Positions 17,211-25,614 of a stretch of 25,614 nucleotides of DNA are shown here, in pieces (position 1 is the first letter of the stretch; every line of letters begins with the position of its first letter). The DNA lies in contig JBAXKC010000035.1 in assembly GCA_037137535.1 (NCBI GenBank), positions 1 to 25,614 of the forward strand. Reading direction: 5' to 3'. The translations under genes and the position numbers were made by a program. The notes under the pieces were generated by a model. The model ran no database searches. It had not been told where the DNA came from and was given only the letters and a program-made list of their open reading frames with translations. The DNA is from a bacterium (GTDB taxonomy: Bacteria; Cyanobacteriota; Vampirovibrionia; Gastranaerophilales; JBAXKC01).

Positions 17211-18635
17211 ATGTCAGATAAAAATTTATCAGAAGAAATAGCCACAAGAAAACGCTCATACAATTTCTATAATATTGGAATGATGCTCCCTGATCCTGAT
17301 TCTGTTTTAAAAAAGCAGGGCAAAGATATCAGGATATATAAAGAGCTGTTATGTGACCCGCACGTTTGGGCTTGCGTTCAATCAAGAAAAGCAGGCGTTT
17401 TATCCTTAGAGTGGGAAATAAATAGAGGCAAAGATAAAACAGAACAATCACAGTTTATTGAAAACTTCTTTAAATCAATAGACCTTTATTCTGTCATATC
17501 AGAGATTTTAAACTCAACTCTGTTTGGCTTTCAGCCCCTTGAAATATTATGGCAACAATCGGGCAATATGATTTTACCTGCCGAAATAAAGGCAAAACCG
17601 CCTGAGTGGTTTTGTTTTGATGATGATAATAAATTAAAACTGCGAACTAAAGAAAATTACTACGGTGAAGATTTGCCTGACAAGAAGTTTCTTTGCCCTC
17701 AGTACAATCCGAGTTATGAAAACCCATACGGAGAGCGAACTTTATCAAGAGTATTCTGGCCTGTTTCTTTTAAAAAGGGCGGAGTAAGATTTTGGACAAT
17801 ATTTACAGAAAAATACGGAATGCCTTTTTTAGTAGGCAAACACCCGAGAGGTTCAACTGCTGAAGAATCAGGAAATTTAGCTGATATGCTTGATGCGATG
17901 GTGGTAGACGCTATTGCGGTGATACCTGATGATAGTTCTATTGAAATACTTGAAGGAGCAAAAGGCTCTTCTGCTGATGTTTTTGAAAAACTTATAGACA
18001 AAATGAATGCTGAAATATCAAAAGCAGTTCTCGGGCAGACTTTAACCACCGAACTTGGCAGCAAAGGCAGTTTCGCTGCTTCTAAAACTCATATGGATGT
18101 TAGAAAAGAGATTATAACGGGAGATAAAAAGCTTGTTGAAAAAACTTTAAATCAGCTCATTCATTGGATTTATTCGCTAAATTACAGCGAAAAAGATATT
18201 CCTCTTTTTGAAATGTATGAAGATGAAGACGTTGATTTAACCTTATCTCAAAGAGATAAAATCCTCAGTGACACAGGCGTTAAATTCACAAAAGCATATC
18301 TAATGAAGGCTTACGGGTTTGATGAAGAAGATATTGAAATATCGGGAGTTTTAACAGAACCCCAAAAAAAGACTAATTTTAAACAATTTTCTCAAGAAAA
18401 AAGTGAATTTCCTGATCAGCAGGCAATAGATAATTTTTCTTATTCTGATAAAGAACTGCAAAAACAGGCAGAGAGTATTTTAGCTCCTGTTATTAAAAAA
18501 ATTAAAGATGGTAATTCTTATGAAGAGATATATGCTCAGCTTTCAGAGCAGGGATTGAATACGGAAGAGATTGAAGCACAGCTGCAAAAAGCCCTCTTTA
18601 TATCTGAAATATGGGGGCGACTAAATTGTGAGTGA
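17211..18635 (+). CDS. Portal protein (Mu gp29/DUF935-like)
   Basis: DPHV...QSRK, NPYG, FTEKYGMP..VGK, EISKAVLGQTLTT, GSFAASKTH motifs. Confidence 0.93.
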   Translation: MSDKNLSEEIATRKRSYNFYNIGMMLPDPDSVLKKQGKDIRIYKELLCDPHVWACVQSRKAGVLSLEWEINRGKDKTEQSQFIENFFKSIDLYSVISEILNSTLFGFQPLEILWQQSGNMILPAEIKAKPPEWFCFDDDNKLKLRTKENYYGEDLPDKKFLCPQYNPSYENPYGERTLSRVFWPVSFKKGGVRFWTIFTEKYGMPFLVGKHPRGSTAEESGNLADMLDAMVVDAIAVIPDDSSIEILEGAKGSSADVFEKLIDKMNAEISKAVLGQTLTTELGSKGSFAASKTHMDVRKEIITGDKKLVEKTLNQLIHWIYSLNYSEKDIPLFEMYEDEDVDLTLSQRDKILSDTGVKFTKAYLMKAYGFDEEDIEISGVLTEPQKKTNFKQFSQEKSEFPDQQAIDNFSYSDKELQKQAESILAPVIKKIKDGNSYEEIYAQLSEQGLNTEEIEAQLQKALFISEIWGRLNCE

Positions 18636-19554
18636 AAAGATTATGAATAAAGTTTTATGCGGAGACAGTTTAAATGTTTTAAAAACTCTGCCTTCTCAAA
18701 GTGTTGATTGCACAGTTACATCTCCGCCATATTGGGCTCTTAGAGATTATGGAACAAATCCTGTTGTTTGGGACGGAAAAGAAGATTGCAGTCATTTATG
18801 GGATAAAAAGAATTTTTGTACTCTCTGTGGAGCCTGGAAAGGTGAATTAGGACTTGAAAAAGACTTTAATCTGTATATTAAGCACCTTTGCGATGTTTTT
18901 GAAGAAGTAAAAAGGGTTCTTAAAGATACAGGAACTCTATGGGTAAACATAGGAGATACTTATTCTTCAAAAAAGCTTCTGTTATTGCCTTTTAGATTTG
19001 CAATAGAAATGGTAAGCAGAGGTTGGACTGTTAGAAACGTAATAATATGGCAAAAACCCAATTGCACCCCGACAAGTGCTAAAGACAGGTTTACCGTAGA
19101 TTTTGAATACTTCTTTTTCTTCACTAAAACAAAAGATTACTATTTTGAACAACAAATCGAGCCGTTTAAAGAGTCCACCATTAAAAGATGTAAAGGCGGC
19201 TGTAATGAGAATAAAGGCTCTTTTTATAAAGGATTAAGTAAAGAAAACTTTGAAAAAATACAGCAGAAAATATTAAGCGGTAAATTAAAAGGCAAAAATA
19301 AAAGAGCAGTATGGAATATTGCTACATCAAACTTTGGCGGTGCTCATTTTGCAGTTTATCCTCCAAAACTTATTGAAACGCCAATATCGGCAGGTTGCCC
19401 CGAAGGTGGAATAGTCCTTGACCCTTTTATGGGAAGCGGAACAACTGGAGTAGTCGCTAAAAGCCTAAACAGAAACTGGCTTGGTATTGAGCTTAATCAG
19501 GAATTTGCAAATATGGCTGAGGATAGAATAAATGGACTTAAAATATCTCATTAA
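18628..19554 (+). CDS. Orphan amino-methyltransferase, beta class (N4-C/N6-A)
   Basis: N-terminal TSPPY catalytic motif, C-terminal VLDPFMGSGTT SAM-binding motif, HFAVYP. Confidence 0.92.
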   Translation: MSEKIMNKVLCGDSLNVLKTLPSQSVDCTVTSPPYWALRDYGTNPVVWDGKEDCSHLWDKKNFCTLCGAWKGELGLEKDFNLYIKHLCDVFEEVKRVLKDTGTLWVNIGDTYSSKKLLLLPFRFAIEMVSRGWTVRNVIIWQKPNCTPTSAKDRFTVDFEYFFFFTKTKDYYFEQQIEPFKESTIKRCKGGCNENKGSFYKGLSKENFEKIQQKILSGKLKGKNKRAVWNIATSNFGGAHFAVYPPKLIETPISAGCPEGGIVLDPFMGSGTTGVVAKSLNRNWLGIELNQEFANMAEDRINGLKISH

Positions 19555-20335
19555 CTTACCGCCCGAAAAAGCAATAAAATTTCTTAAAAACAAAGGTTAT
19601 GAATTTTCTTGGGACTGGGAAGATACTTGGCAATCGGCTCATCAGAAGGCTTTTACAGTAGCGAAAGTTATGAAACAAGACATCCTATCTGATATCAGAG
19701 AAGCAGTAGAATCTGCAATGGAAAATGGTTTAACACTTGAACAGTTTAAAAAAGAGCTTGAACCAAAGCTAAAAGACAAAGGCTGGTGGGGCATTGTTTC
19801 AGGAAAACCCGAAGACGTTAGAGCAGAGCTTTTAAAAAGAAATCTTATTCAAAAAGCTGATTTAATCCCAGGCGGAGATGAAGTTATAACAGTTCAGCTT
19901 GGCTCTCCTTGGAGATTAAAGACAATTTACAGAACTAATATTCAAACCTCATATATGGCAGGGCGGTATAAAGAACAAATAGAAAATGTTGAAAACAGAC
20001 CCTACTGGCAATATGTGGCGGTTATGGATAAAAAAACAAGACCTGCTCATTCAATGTTAAACGGAAGAATATTTAGATTTGATGACCCTTTCTGGGATAG
20101 TTTTTACCCACCAAACGGCTGGGGGTGTAGGTGCAGAGTCAGGGCATTATCTGAAGATAATGTAAAAGAACGTAAATTAGGTGTTGATAGTTCACAATTA
20201 TCAGAGGAATTAAGATTAGTTTCAAAGAAAACAGGAGAATTAAGACCTGTAGCCGTTTACACAGACCCGTTAACAGAACACAAAATATCCCCTGATGTCG
20301 GGTGGAGCTATAACCCGGGTAAAGAGAATAAATAA
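19532..20335 (+). CDS. Head morphogenesis protein MuF (Mu gp30 / SPP1 gp7 family), short form
   Basis: AFTVAKV, RLKTIYRTN, YWQYVAVMDKKTRPAH, PPNGWGCRC, W.YNPG motifs; no C-terminal toxin extension. Confidence 0.92.
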   Translation: MDLKYLINLPPEKAIKFLKNKGYEFSWDWEDTWQSAHQKAFTVAKVMKQDILSDIREAVESAMENGLTLEQFKKELEPKLKDKGWWGIVSGKPEDVRAELLKRNLIQKADLIPGGDEVITVQLGSPWRLKTIYRTNIQTSYMAGRYKEQIENVENRPYWQYVAVMDKKTRPAHSMLNGRIFRFDDPFWDSFYPPNGWGCRCRVRALSEDNVKERKLGVDSSQLSEELRLVSKKTGELRPVAVYTDPLTEHKISPDVGWSYNPGKENK

Positions 20336-20351
20336 TATAGGAGAGAAATAT

Positions 20352-21167
20352 ATGGCAGTTGATAAAAAATCGTTATTAAATTGGGTCGGAGGAAAAAGAC
20401 TTTTAAGAAAAACCATAGAACCGTTAATCCCTACTGATATCCTTTCATATATAGAGCCTTTCGGCGGCGGTGCGTGGATTTTGTTCTATAAAGAGAAATG
20501 GGCGGATTTAGAAATCTATAATGACCTTGACGGGAGGCTTGTAAACTTATTTAGAATTGTAAAATATCATCCTGAAGCGTTAAAGGAGGAATTAAGATAT
20601 CTTTTAGGCTCTCGAGAAATGTTTATGCAGTTTTTAAAGATGGAACCTATAACCGATATTCAAAAAGCAGTAAAATTCTTCTTCCTTATAACCAGATCTT
20701 TCGGAGGCAGAGGCGAGAGTTTCGGTACTGTTAAAAAATCAGCCGGCGGAGCTTGTAAAAGCCATGCCAATACGCTTTTAAAAATTGATGCGATTTATAA
20801 AAGGCTTGATAAGGTTATGGTTGAAAACAGAGATTTTGAAAAGTTAATAACGCAGTATGACCACGAGGGAGCGTTCTTTTACTGCGACCCTCCATATACT
20901 TTCGGCTGCGGATATGAAACAACGTCAACCAAAGACTTTGACCACGAAAGACTCAGAGATTTATTGAAAAACATCAAAGGCAGATTCTTGCTTTCTTATG
21001 ACGATTCAGAAAAAGTCAGAGAACTTTATGCAGGGTATGAGATGATTGCAGTAGAAAGACAAAATGGCATAAACAATAAAAGTCCTAAGAACAAAATGTT
21101 CAAAGAACTTATTATTGCAAATTATCCGATTGTGGAGATTTTTAACGGTGATAGAAATAAAGGTTGA
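20352..21167 (+). CDS. Orphan Dam-like N6-adenine methyltransferase (D12 class, alpha)
   Basis: WVGGK, YIEPFGGGA, YNDLD and YCDPPY motifs; start ATG 20352 after AGGAG. Confidence 0.92.
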   Translation: MAVDKKSLLNWVGGKRLLRKTIEPLIPTDILSYIEPFGGGAWILFYKEKWADLEIYNDLDGRLVNLFRIVKYHPEALKEELRYLLGSREMFMQFLKMEPITDIQKAVKFFFLITRSFGGRGESFGTVKKSAGGACKSHANTLLKIDAIYKRLDKVMVENRDFEKLITQYDHEGAFFYCDPPYTFGCGYETTSTKDFDHERLRDLLKNIKGRFLLSYDDSEKVRELYAGYEMIAVERQNGINNKSPKNKMFKELIIANYPIVEIFNGDRNKG

Positions 21168-21582
21168 GGATAAGGAACTGCAAAAACTTTTAAATAAGCT
21201 GGCGGAAAAGTCTCAAAATCTCCGCCCGCTTATGAAAAATATTGCAGGAATTATGCAGGATTCTGTTGAAGAAAACTTTGAAAAAGAGGGACAAAAATGG
21301 ACACCTCTCTCTGAATCTACAATCAAACAGCGAAAGAAAAAAGGCTATTGGCCCGGCAGGATTTTACAAAGACGAGGTGAGCTTGCTGCTTCTATTACAA
21401 GTAAATATGACGAAAATTCTGCCGTAGTCGGTACGAATAAAGTTTATGCGGCTATTCATCAATTCGGTGGTGATGCAGGCAGGGGCAAGAAGGTTAAGAT
21501 TCTTGCTAGACCTTACTTAAAGCTGGGAGAAAAGGAAAGTGTCGAGATTATAAAGGGGATTCAAAATTATCTTCAGGACTAA
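21148..21582 (+). CDS. Virion morphogenesis protein (Mu gpG / P2 gpS-like)
   Basis: WTPLS..T, IL...G.L..SI, VGTNKVYAAIHQFGG and ARPYL motifs; probable GTG start at 21148. Confidence 0.9.
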   Translation: MIEIKVEDKELQKLLNKLAEKSQNLRPLMKNIAGIMQDSVEENFEKEGQKWTPLSESTIKQRKKKGYWPGRILQRRGELAASITSKYDENSAVVGTNKVYAAIHQFGGDAGRGKKVKILARPYLKLGEKESVEIIKGIQNYLQD

Positions 21583-21701
21583 TTTTCCTAATTTATAGAA
21601 TTTTTTTGTATTAAAATAATAGAGTAATTAACTTGCTACACTTTTCTTTAGCATTTACAAAGACAATATTTCAGCTATTCACATATTAGGTGTTTTAAAA
21701 A

Positions 21702-22361
21702 ATGTTAGAAAAAAAAGAATTTCATTTTGTTGAAAATCCTTTTGCTCTCGAAAAGAGCGAAAATGCAGAACTCATTGAGGAATTAAAGAATTCACTAAAA
21801 GAAAACATAATACACCATAAATATGTAGTGGACATTTATACAGGGATGCCTGAACATAATAATTATCTAAATAAAAAATATAAAATTAATAAAGAAAATG
21901 CTGAAAACGCCCTTAAAAATCAAGATTATTTCCGTTACATTGATTCACATGAGCTACCCTATAAATTAGCCCCTTTGTGTGCAGTTTTTGAAAAAGCAGA
22001 CGTAGACGATAAAATAAAAGCTGAATTATTAACATACACTTGGGTTTTAGTTGAAAATCCAAGCGTAAATATGAAACATTGGATAAAACTTTTTAAATAT
22101 TTTGCAGAAAAAAATGAATTGCTTATGACAGAGCAAGAACTTGAATTTTTCAATAACCTTTCTGAAGAAATAACTGTTTATCGTGGTGCTGATTCTATTG
22201 AAGGGATTAGCTGGACATTATGCAAAGAAAAAGCCGAATGGTTTGCTAAAAGATATAATAAAAATGGTAAGATTTTTGCAAAAACAGTTAAAAAAAATGA
22301 CTGTTTATGTTATCTAAATGACAGAAAAGAAGAAGAAATAATTTATTTTGATAAAGTTTAG
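21702..22361 (+). CDS. Hypothetical protein with putative C-terminal ADP-ribosyltransferase-like (R-S-E) domain
   Basis: ITVYRG...GISWTL...AEWFA...RKEEEII; AT-rich, with its own intergenic region. Confidence 0.5.
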   Translation: MLEKKEFHFVENPFALEKSENAELIEELKNSLKENIIHHKYVVDIYTGMPEHNNYLNKKYKINKENAENALKNQDYFRYIDSHELPYKLAPLCAVFEKADVDDKIKAELLTYTWVLVENPSVNMKHWIKLFKYFAEKNELLMTEQELEFFNNLSEEITVYRGADSIEGISWTLCKEKAEWFAKRYNKNGKIFAKTVKKNDCLCYLNDRKEEEIIYFDKV

Positions 22362-22584
22362 AAATTGTTTCATTTTATTTTTTTATCTTGTCTTTAATCT
22401 GCTGATAAATATTTCTTCCTTGATTCTCTAGCTTAACAGCCATTAAAAATAAATAAGTAGCATTGCTTTTTTTCCTATATATCCAGCATGTGTATAATTG
22501 CTAAAAAGGGTAAAATTATATCTTAATTAACAGTTCAGTTTAAGATAGCCGGGATCGATTGTTATGAGTGGAGAATATTCTGAT

Positions 22585-24099
22585 CTAATTTTTTCTAGAC
22601 TGGATTAAAGATTTAAAATGCTCATAAGCTTCTTGGACCGGATGAGCCCATACATTTTGCTGTTCTTGTCTGAATAATTTAATACTATTATACCAGGGGC
22701 TAATTTTAAGGTCATAAGTCCAACGCCAACTATGTATATATGATAAAAGAATCCAAGCTGGTTTTCCTAAAGCACCTGCTAAATGTGGAACGCTTGTATC
22801 AATACTAATTAGAAGGTCAAGATTTTCTATAGCTGCCGCAGTATCACTAAAATCATTAAAGGTATAGCCAAGATCAATTATGTTAATATCATCAGGTAAA
22901 TTATTCAAATCATCAACTCCATCACCTTTTTGCAACGAATAAACTTGAACATTAGCTAATTTGCAAAAAGGGTAAAAATAGGAAAGATCATTGAGGGATC
23001 TATATTTATCATTAACTTCTTTATTTCTACAATTCCATACTATGCCTAATTTAAAATCAGTGTTATCAAAATACTTATTTTTGTAATATGTTACTTTTTC
23101 AGGTTTAGCTTTTAAGTAATTATCTTTATAGGGGATATTATCTATAGTTGTTTTTAATCTATGAGGTAAGCTCATAACAGATATAAGTGTGTCACATTCA
23201 ATATTCTCATCATCTAAAGAATGATCAAGTATCTCTGCTTTCAAATTACTATCTTTAAATAATTTTTCAAGTGAAGAATAGTCACGATGCAATTTAAGTA
23301 TAACTTTTGCACCAAGTTTAGAAAGTACAGGTACGTATCGGATAAAATTAATAATATCTCCTAACCCTTGTTCACAGTAAACACAAATAGTTTTGCCTAT
23401 AAGTGAAGAACCATCCCAGATAGGTTTTGAAATATTAGGAAGTCTATTTTTTATAGATATATTTTTTAAAAATCTATATTCATAATGATCCCAGGCTTTA
23501 TTATATTGTTTATTTAAAAAATATAAATTTGCTAAATTAACATATGCTTCCCAATACTCTGGTTCTAATGTAATAGCTTTTTTATAGTACCATTCAGCTT
23601 CTACAACTCTTTTTTGTGCCATATAAGCATAACCTAAATTATGGTAAATTATTGCTTTATCAGGCTCTAAGTCTAATGCTTTAAATTGATATTCAATTGC
23701 TTCATCACAATTTATTTCACTAATAATAGCTCCGGCATTGTAGTATATTTCAGCATTATTTAAACCCAGTTCTAATGCTCTTTTATAATGAATAGCTGAT
23801 TCCTCAAAATCTCCCTTTACACTTAAAATATATGCTAAGTCAGCATGTATTTTAGGTAGATTGGGCTGTAATTGCAAAACTTTTTCATAATTCTTTTTTG
23901 CAAATATAAATAGATTTTTATCATTAGTATTTTGAATATACATATTTCCATATATTAAAGCTAAGCCTAGATAAATTGGTGCATAATTAGAATCTTGACT
24001 TAGTGCTTCTCTATAACAACTAATTGCTTTATCAATATTACCAGCAATATAATAGTCATAAGCTTTACTTATTGTTTCTTCAACTGAGTTAGAACGCAT
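22585..24099 (-). CDS. TPR-repeat protein with C-terminal GT-B (GT9/heptosyltransferase-like) glycosyltransferase domain
   Basis: Several TPRs, then EQGLGDIINF, YSLQKG, FSDTAA.I.NLDL.ISIDTSVPHLAGALGKP, WRW, SPWY; probable start ATG 24099 after GGGAGG. Confidence 0.88.
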   Translation of the reverse strand: MRSNSVEETISKAYDYYIAGNIDKAISCYREALSQDSNYAPIYLGLALIYGNMYIQNTNDKNLFIFAKKNYEKVLQLQPNLPKIHADLAYILSVKGDFEESAIHYKRALELGLNNAEIYYNAGAIISEINCDEAIEYQFKALDLEPDKAIIYHNLGYAYMAQKRVVEAEWYYKKAITLEPEYWEAYVNLANLYFLNKQYNKAWDHYEYRFLKNISIKNRLPNISKPIWDGSSLIGKTICVYCEQGLGDIINFIRYVPVLSKLGAKVILKLHRDYSSLEKLFKDSNLKAEILDHSLDDENIECDTLISVMSLPHRLKTTIDNIPYKDNYLKAKPEKVTYYKNKYFDNTDFKLGIVWNCRNKEVNDKYRSLNDLSYFYPFCKLANVQVYSLQKGDGVDDLNNLPDDINIIDLGYTFNDFSDTAAAIENLDLLISIDTSVPHLAGALGKPAWILLSYIHSWRWTYDLKISPWYNSIKLFRQEQQNVWAHPVQEAYEHFKSLIQSRKN

Positions 24100-24295
24100 A
24101 TTTAAATTACCTCCCACTTTATAATAACTCAACATGATATATAAAGTAATTTGAAAATTCCGAGTCATGAAATGGACTTTTCAGAGATAAAGACTGGACA
24201 GGTGTCATTTTATTATTATTCCATTGATATCGATTATTGATGTAATTAAACACATAATCTTTCGATTAGCATGAGTAAAATAACTAGCAGAATCT

Positions 24296-25561
24296 CTAAC
24301 TTATAACTAATGGAGTTTTTGTTTTGTCTTTTTTTAATAATTCATGATTTTCAATAAGATATTGAATAGCAGTTTTGAAGTTTTTGTCTTGTCCTGAAAA
24401 GAATAAAGCTTCATTTAAGTTTAAGGTATTAAATTTTTCATTTAATTGATTTCTAAAAAATTCATCATTAATAAGTTTTAGGGTAATATTAACATATTCA
24501 TCTTTATTTGTGGCGATTAATTCTTGCAAATTGAATTCTCTCAGCAATTGAGAAGCTGCTCTACTAAAAAATCTGTCACCTTCAAAAGCAACAAAAGGTT
24601 TTCTTAAATAGATTGTATCTACCATGCTATTATAGCCACCATAAGGATATGAATCCAAAGTTATATCAGCTTCTTCAAAAATTGTCATGTATTCCTGATA
24701 TCTTTTATTTATAATTATTTCTACATTTTCAGAACCTAATATAGAATTTATTTTTTTCAAAAAAGGAAGATAATTATTGTGCCTTAATAATCCACCACTA
24801 CCAGGAAAAATTCTAAAAAGAAGTTTTTTTTCTGATTTATCAATTATTTCTTTTAAATAATTAATTAAATTATCGTTAATTTTTTTTATTCCCCAAGGGC
24901 AGTTTATTATAAATTCAGATCGTGTTTTCTTAATATTTTGAATTTGATAATTAGGGTAAATAGAATGCTGACCTAATCCCGGAATAAGAACAAGTCTTTC
25001 AAAATAGTTCAAATCTGCTTTATCTATTAATTCAACATCTGCTCCTCCTATCCAGTAATCGATTTCAGCTCCATAAGTGCTAGAAGGATGACCGTAACCA
25101 GCTGCTTGAATTGGGGCTATTCTAAGATTTGCAAGATAAATACTTTCAAGATCCATACCTATATCAGTAAAATAAGCAAATTGAAAATCATTTTCCTGTA
25201 TTTGACTTATATCAGGATTTTTCTCTGAAAAATTTATATATTTTATTTCTTTAAATAAAGAACTGTCTGAATGCAAAGAATTTACACCAAAAGTGATAAG
25301 AGTTAAGTCATAATCATCTTTTAATGACTCAATAAAGCTAAAACAACTTTTACAAACGGCTGTTATTCGATTCCATCTTCCGCTAATTATTGCTATTTTC
25401 TTTTTATTTGGAGTGTTTTTTATTTTTATATCTTTGAGTTGTTCTTGAACAAGGCGATTTATTTTATTTTTTATTTTTATATCATTGTGTAATCCCATAT
25501 AGGTACAAGAATAATAGGCTTCATTAAAAGTATTAGAAACTAATTCTAAATTTTCATTCAC
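24296..25561 (-). pseudogene. HMW1C/OGT-like (GT41) protein glycosyltransferase, 5'-truncated by the repeat
   Basis: RIAPIQAAGYGHPSST and LDSYPYGGYNS motifs. The listed ATG (25565-25567) lies inside the terminal repeat, so the native N-terminus is missing. Confidence 0.7.
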
Positions 25562-25614
25562 TGACATGCCCCCAAAAAATCCCCCTATTTAAAACTTAGT
25601 GACTCCTATGTAAA
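25560..25614 (+). mobile_element. Second copy of the same probable IS3-family end, inverted relative to the first
   Basis: 25560-25612 is the reverse complement of 1-53; the element would start at TG 25562. Confidence 0.7.

Larger units (their letters stand above)
54..21582. mobile_element. Prophage or phage-derived morphogenesis island (Mu-like head plus P2-like contractile tail)
   Basis: Contiguous, translationally coupled head, neck, tail and baseplate genes; true boundaries not defined. Confidence 0.9.

Noticed and set aside
18628-21167. Restriction-modification system
   Set aside because: No nuclease gene is adjacent; the neighbours are recognisable head genes.
14985-22153. - strand ORFs 14985-15173, 16696-16896, 17714-18064, 21959-22153, and nested + strand 21242-21427
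   Set aside because: Shadows of real genes with no independent support
22289-22444. Possible ~50-codon - strand ORF (MAVKLENQGRN...) overlapping the end of the ART-like gene, as an immunity gene
   Set aside because: No RBS, low complexity and convergent overlap; unsupported
22585-25561. Host assignment (e.g. Melainabacteria-like, from AT content and TPR-glycosyltransferases)
   Set aside because: Only an impression; no marker gene is present in the window.
1-25614. Terminal inverted repeats as ends of a complete linear phage or plasmid genome
   Set aside because: The repeats cut genes at both ends, look like an IS end, and no replication, terminal-protein or protelomerase gene is present; an assembly break at a repeat is more parsimonious.

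Overview
AT-rich bacterial contig carrying a nearly complete phage virion-morphogenesis region (~1-21.6 kb) that combines Mu-like head/packaging genes with a P2-like contractile tail. It is split into two divergent operons around a symmetric inverted repeat at 14715-14768. The leftward arm encodes holin-like, protease/scaffold, capsid, neck, sheath, tube, chaperone (with a -1 frameshift), tape measure, baseplate and tail fibre genes. The rightward arm encodes membrane protein, terminase, portal, MuF and MuG genes. Cargo is interleaved: a toxin-antitoxin pair antisense inside the tail operon, two orphan DNA methyltransferases inside the head operon, and a putative R-S-E ADP-ribosyltransferase after gpG. 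No integrase, transposase, repressor, replication or endolysin gene is visible. To the right lie two more AT-rich host-type glycosyltransferase genes (TPR-GT9-like and HMW1C/GT41-like). The two window ends are a perfect 53-bp inverted repeat resembling an IS3-family end, which truncates the tail fibre gene on the left and the GT41-like gene on the right. All family assignments come from motif recognition and synteny, not database searches.
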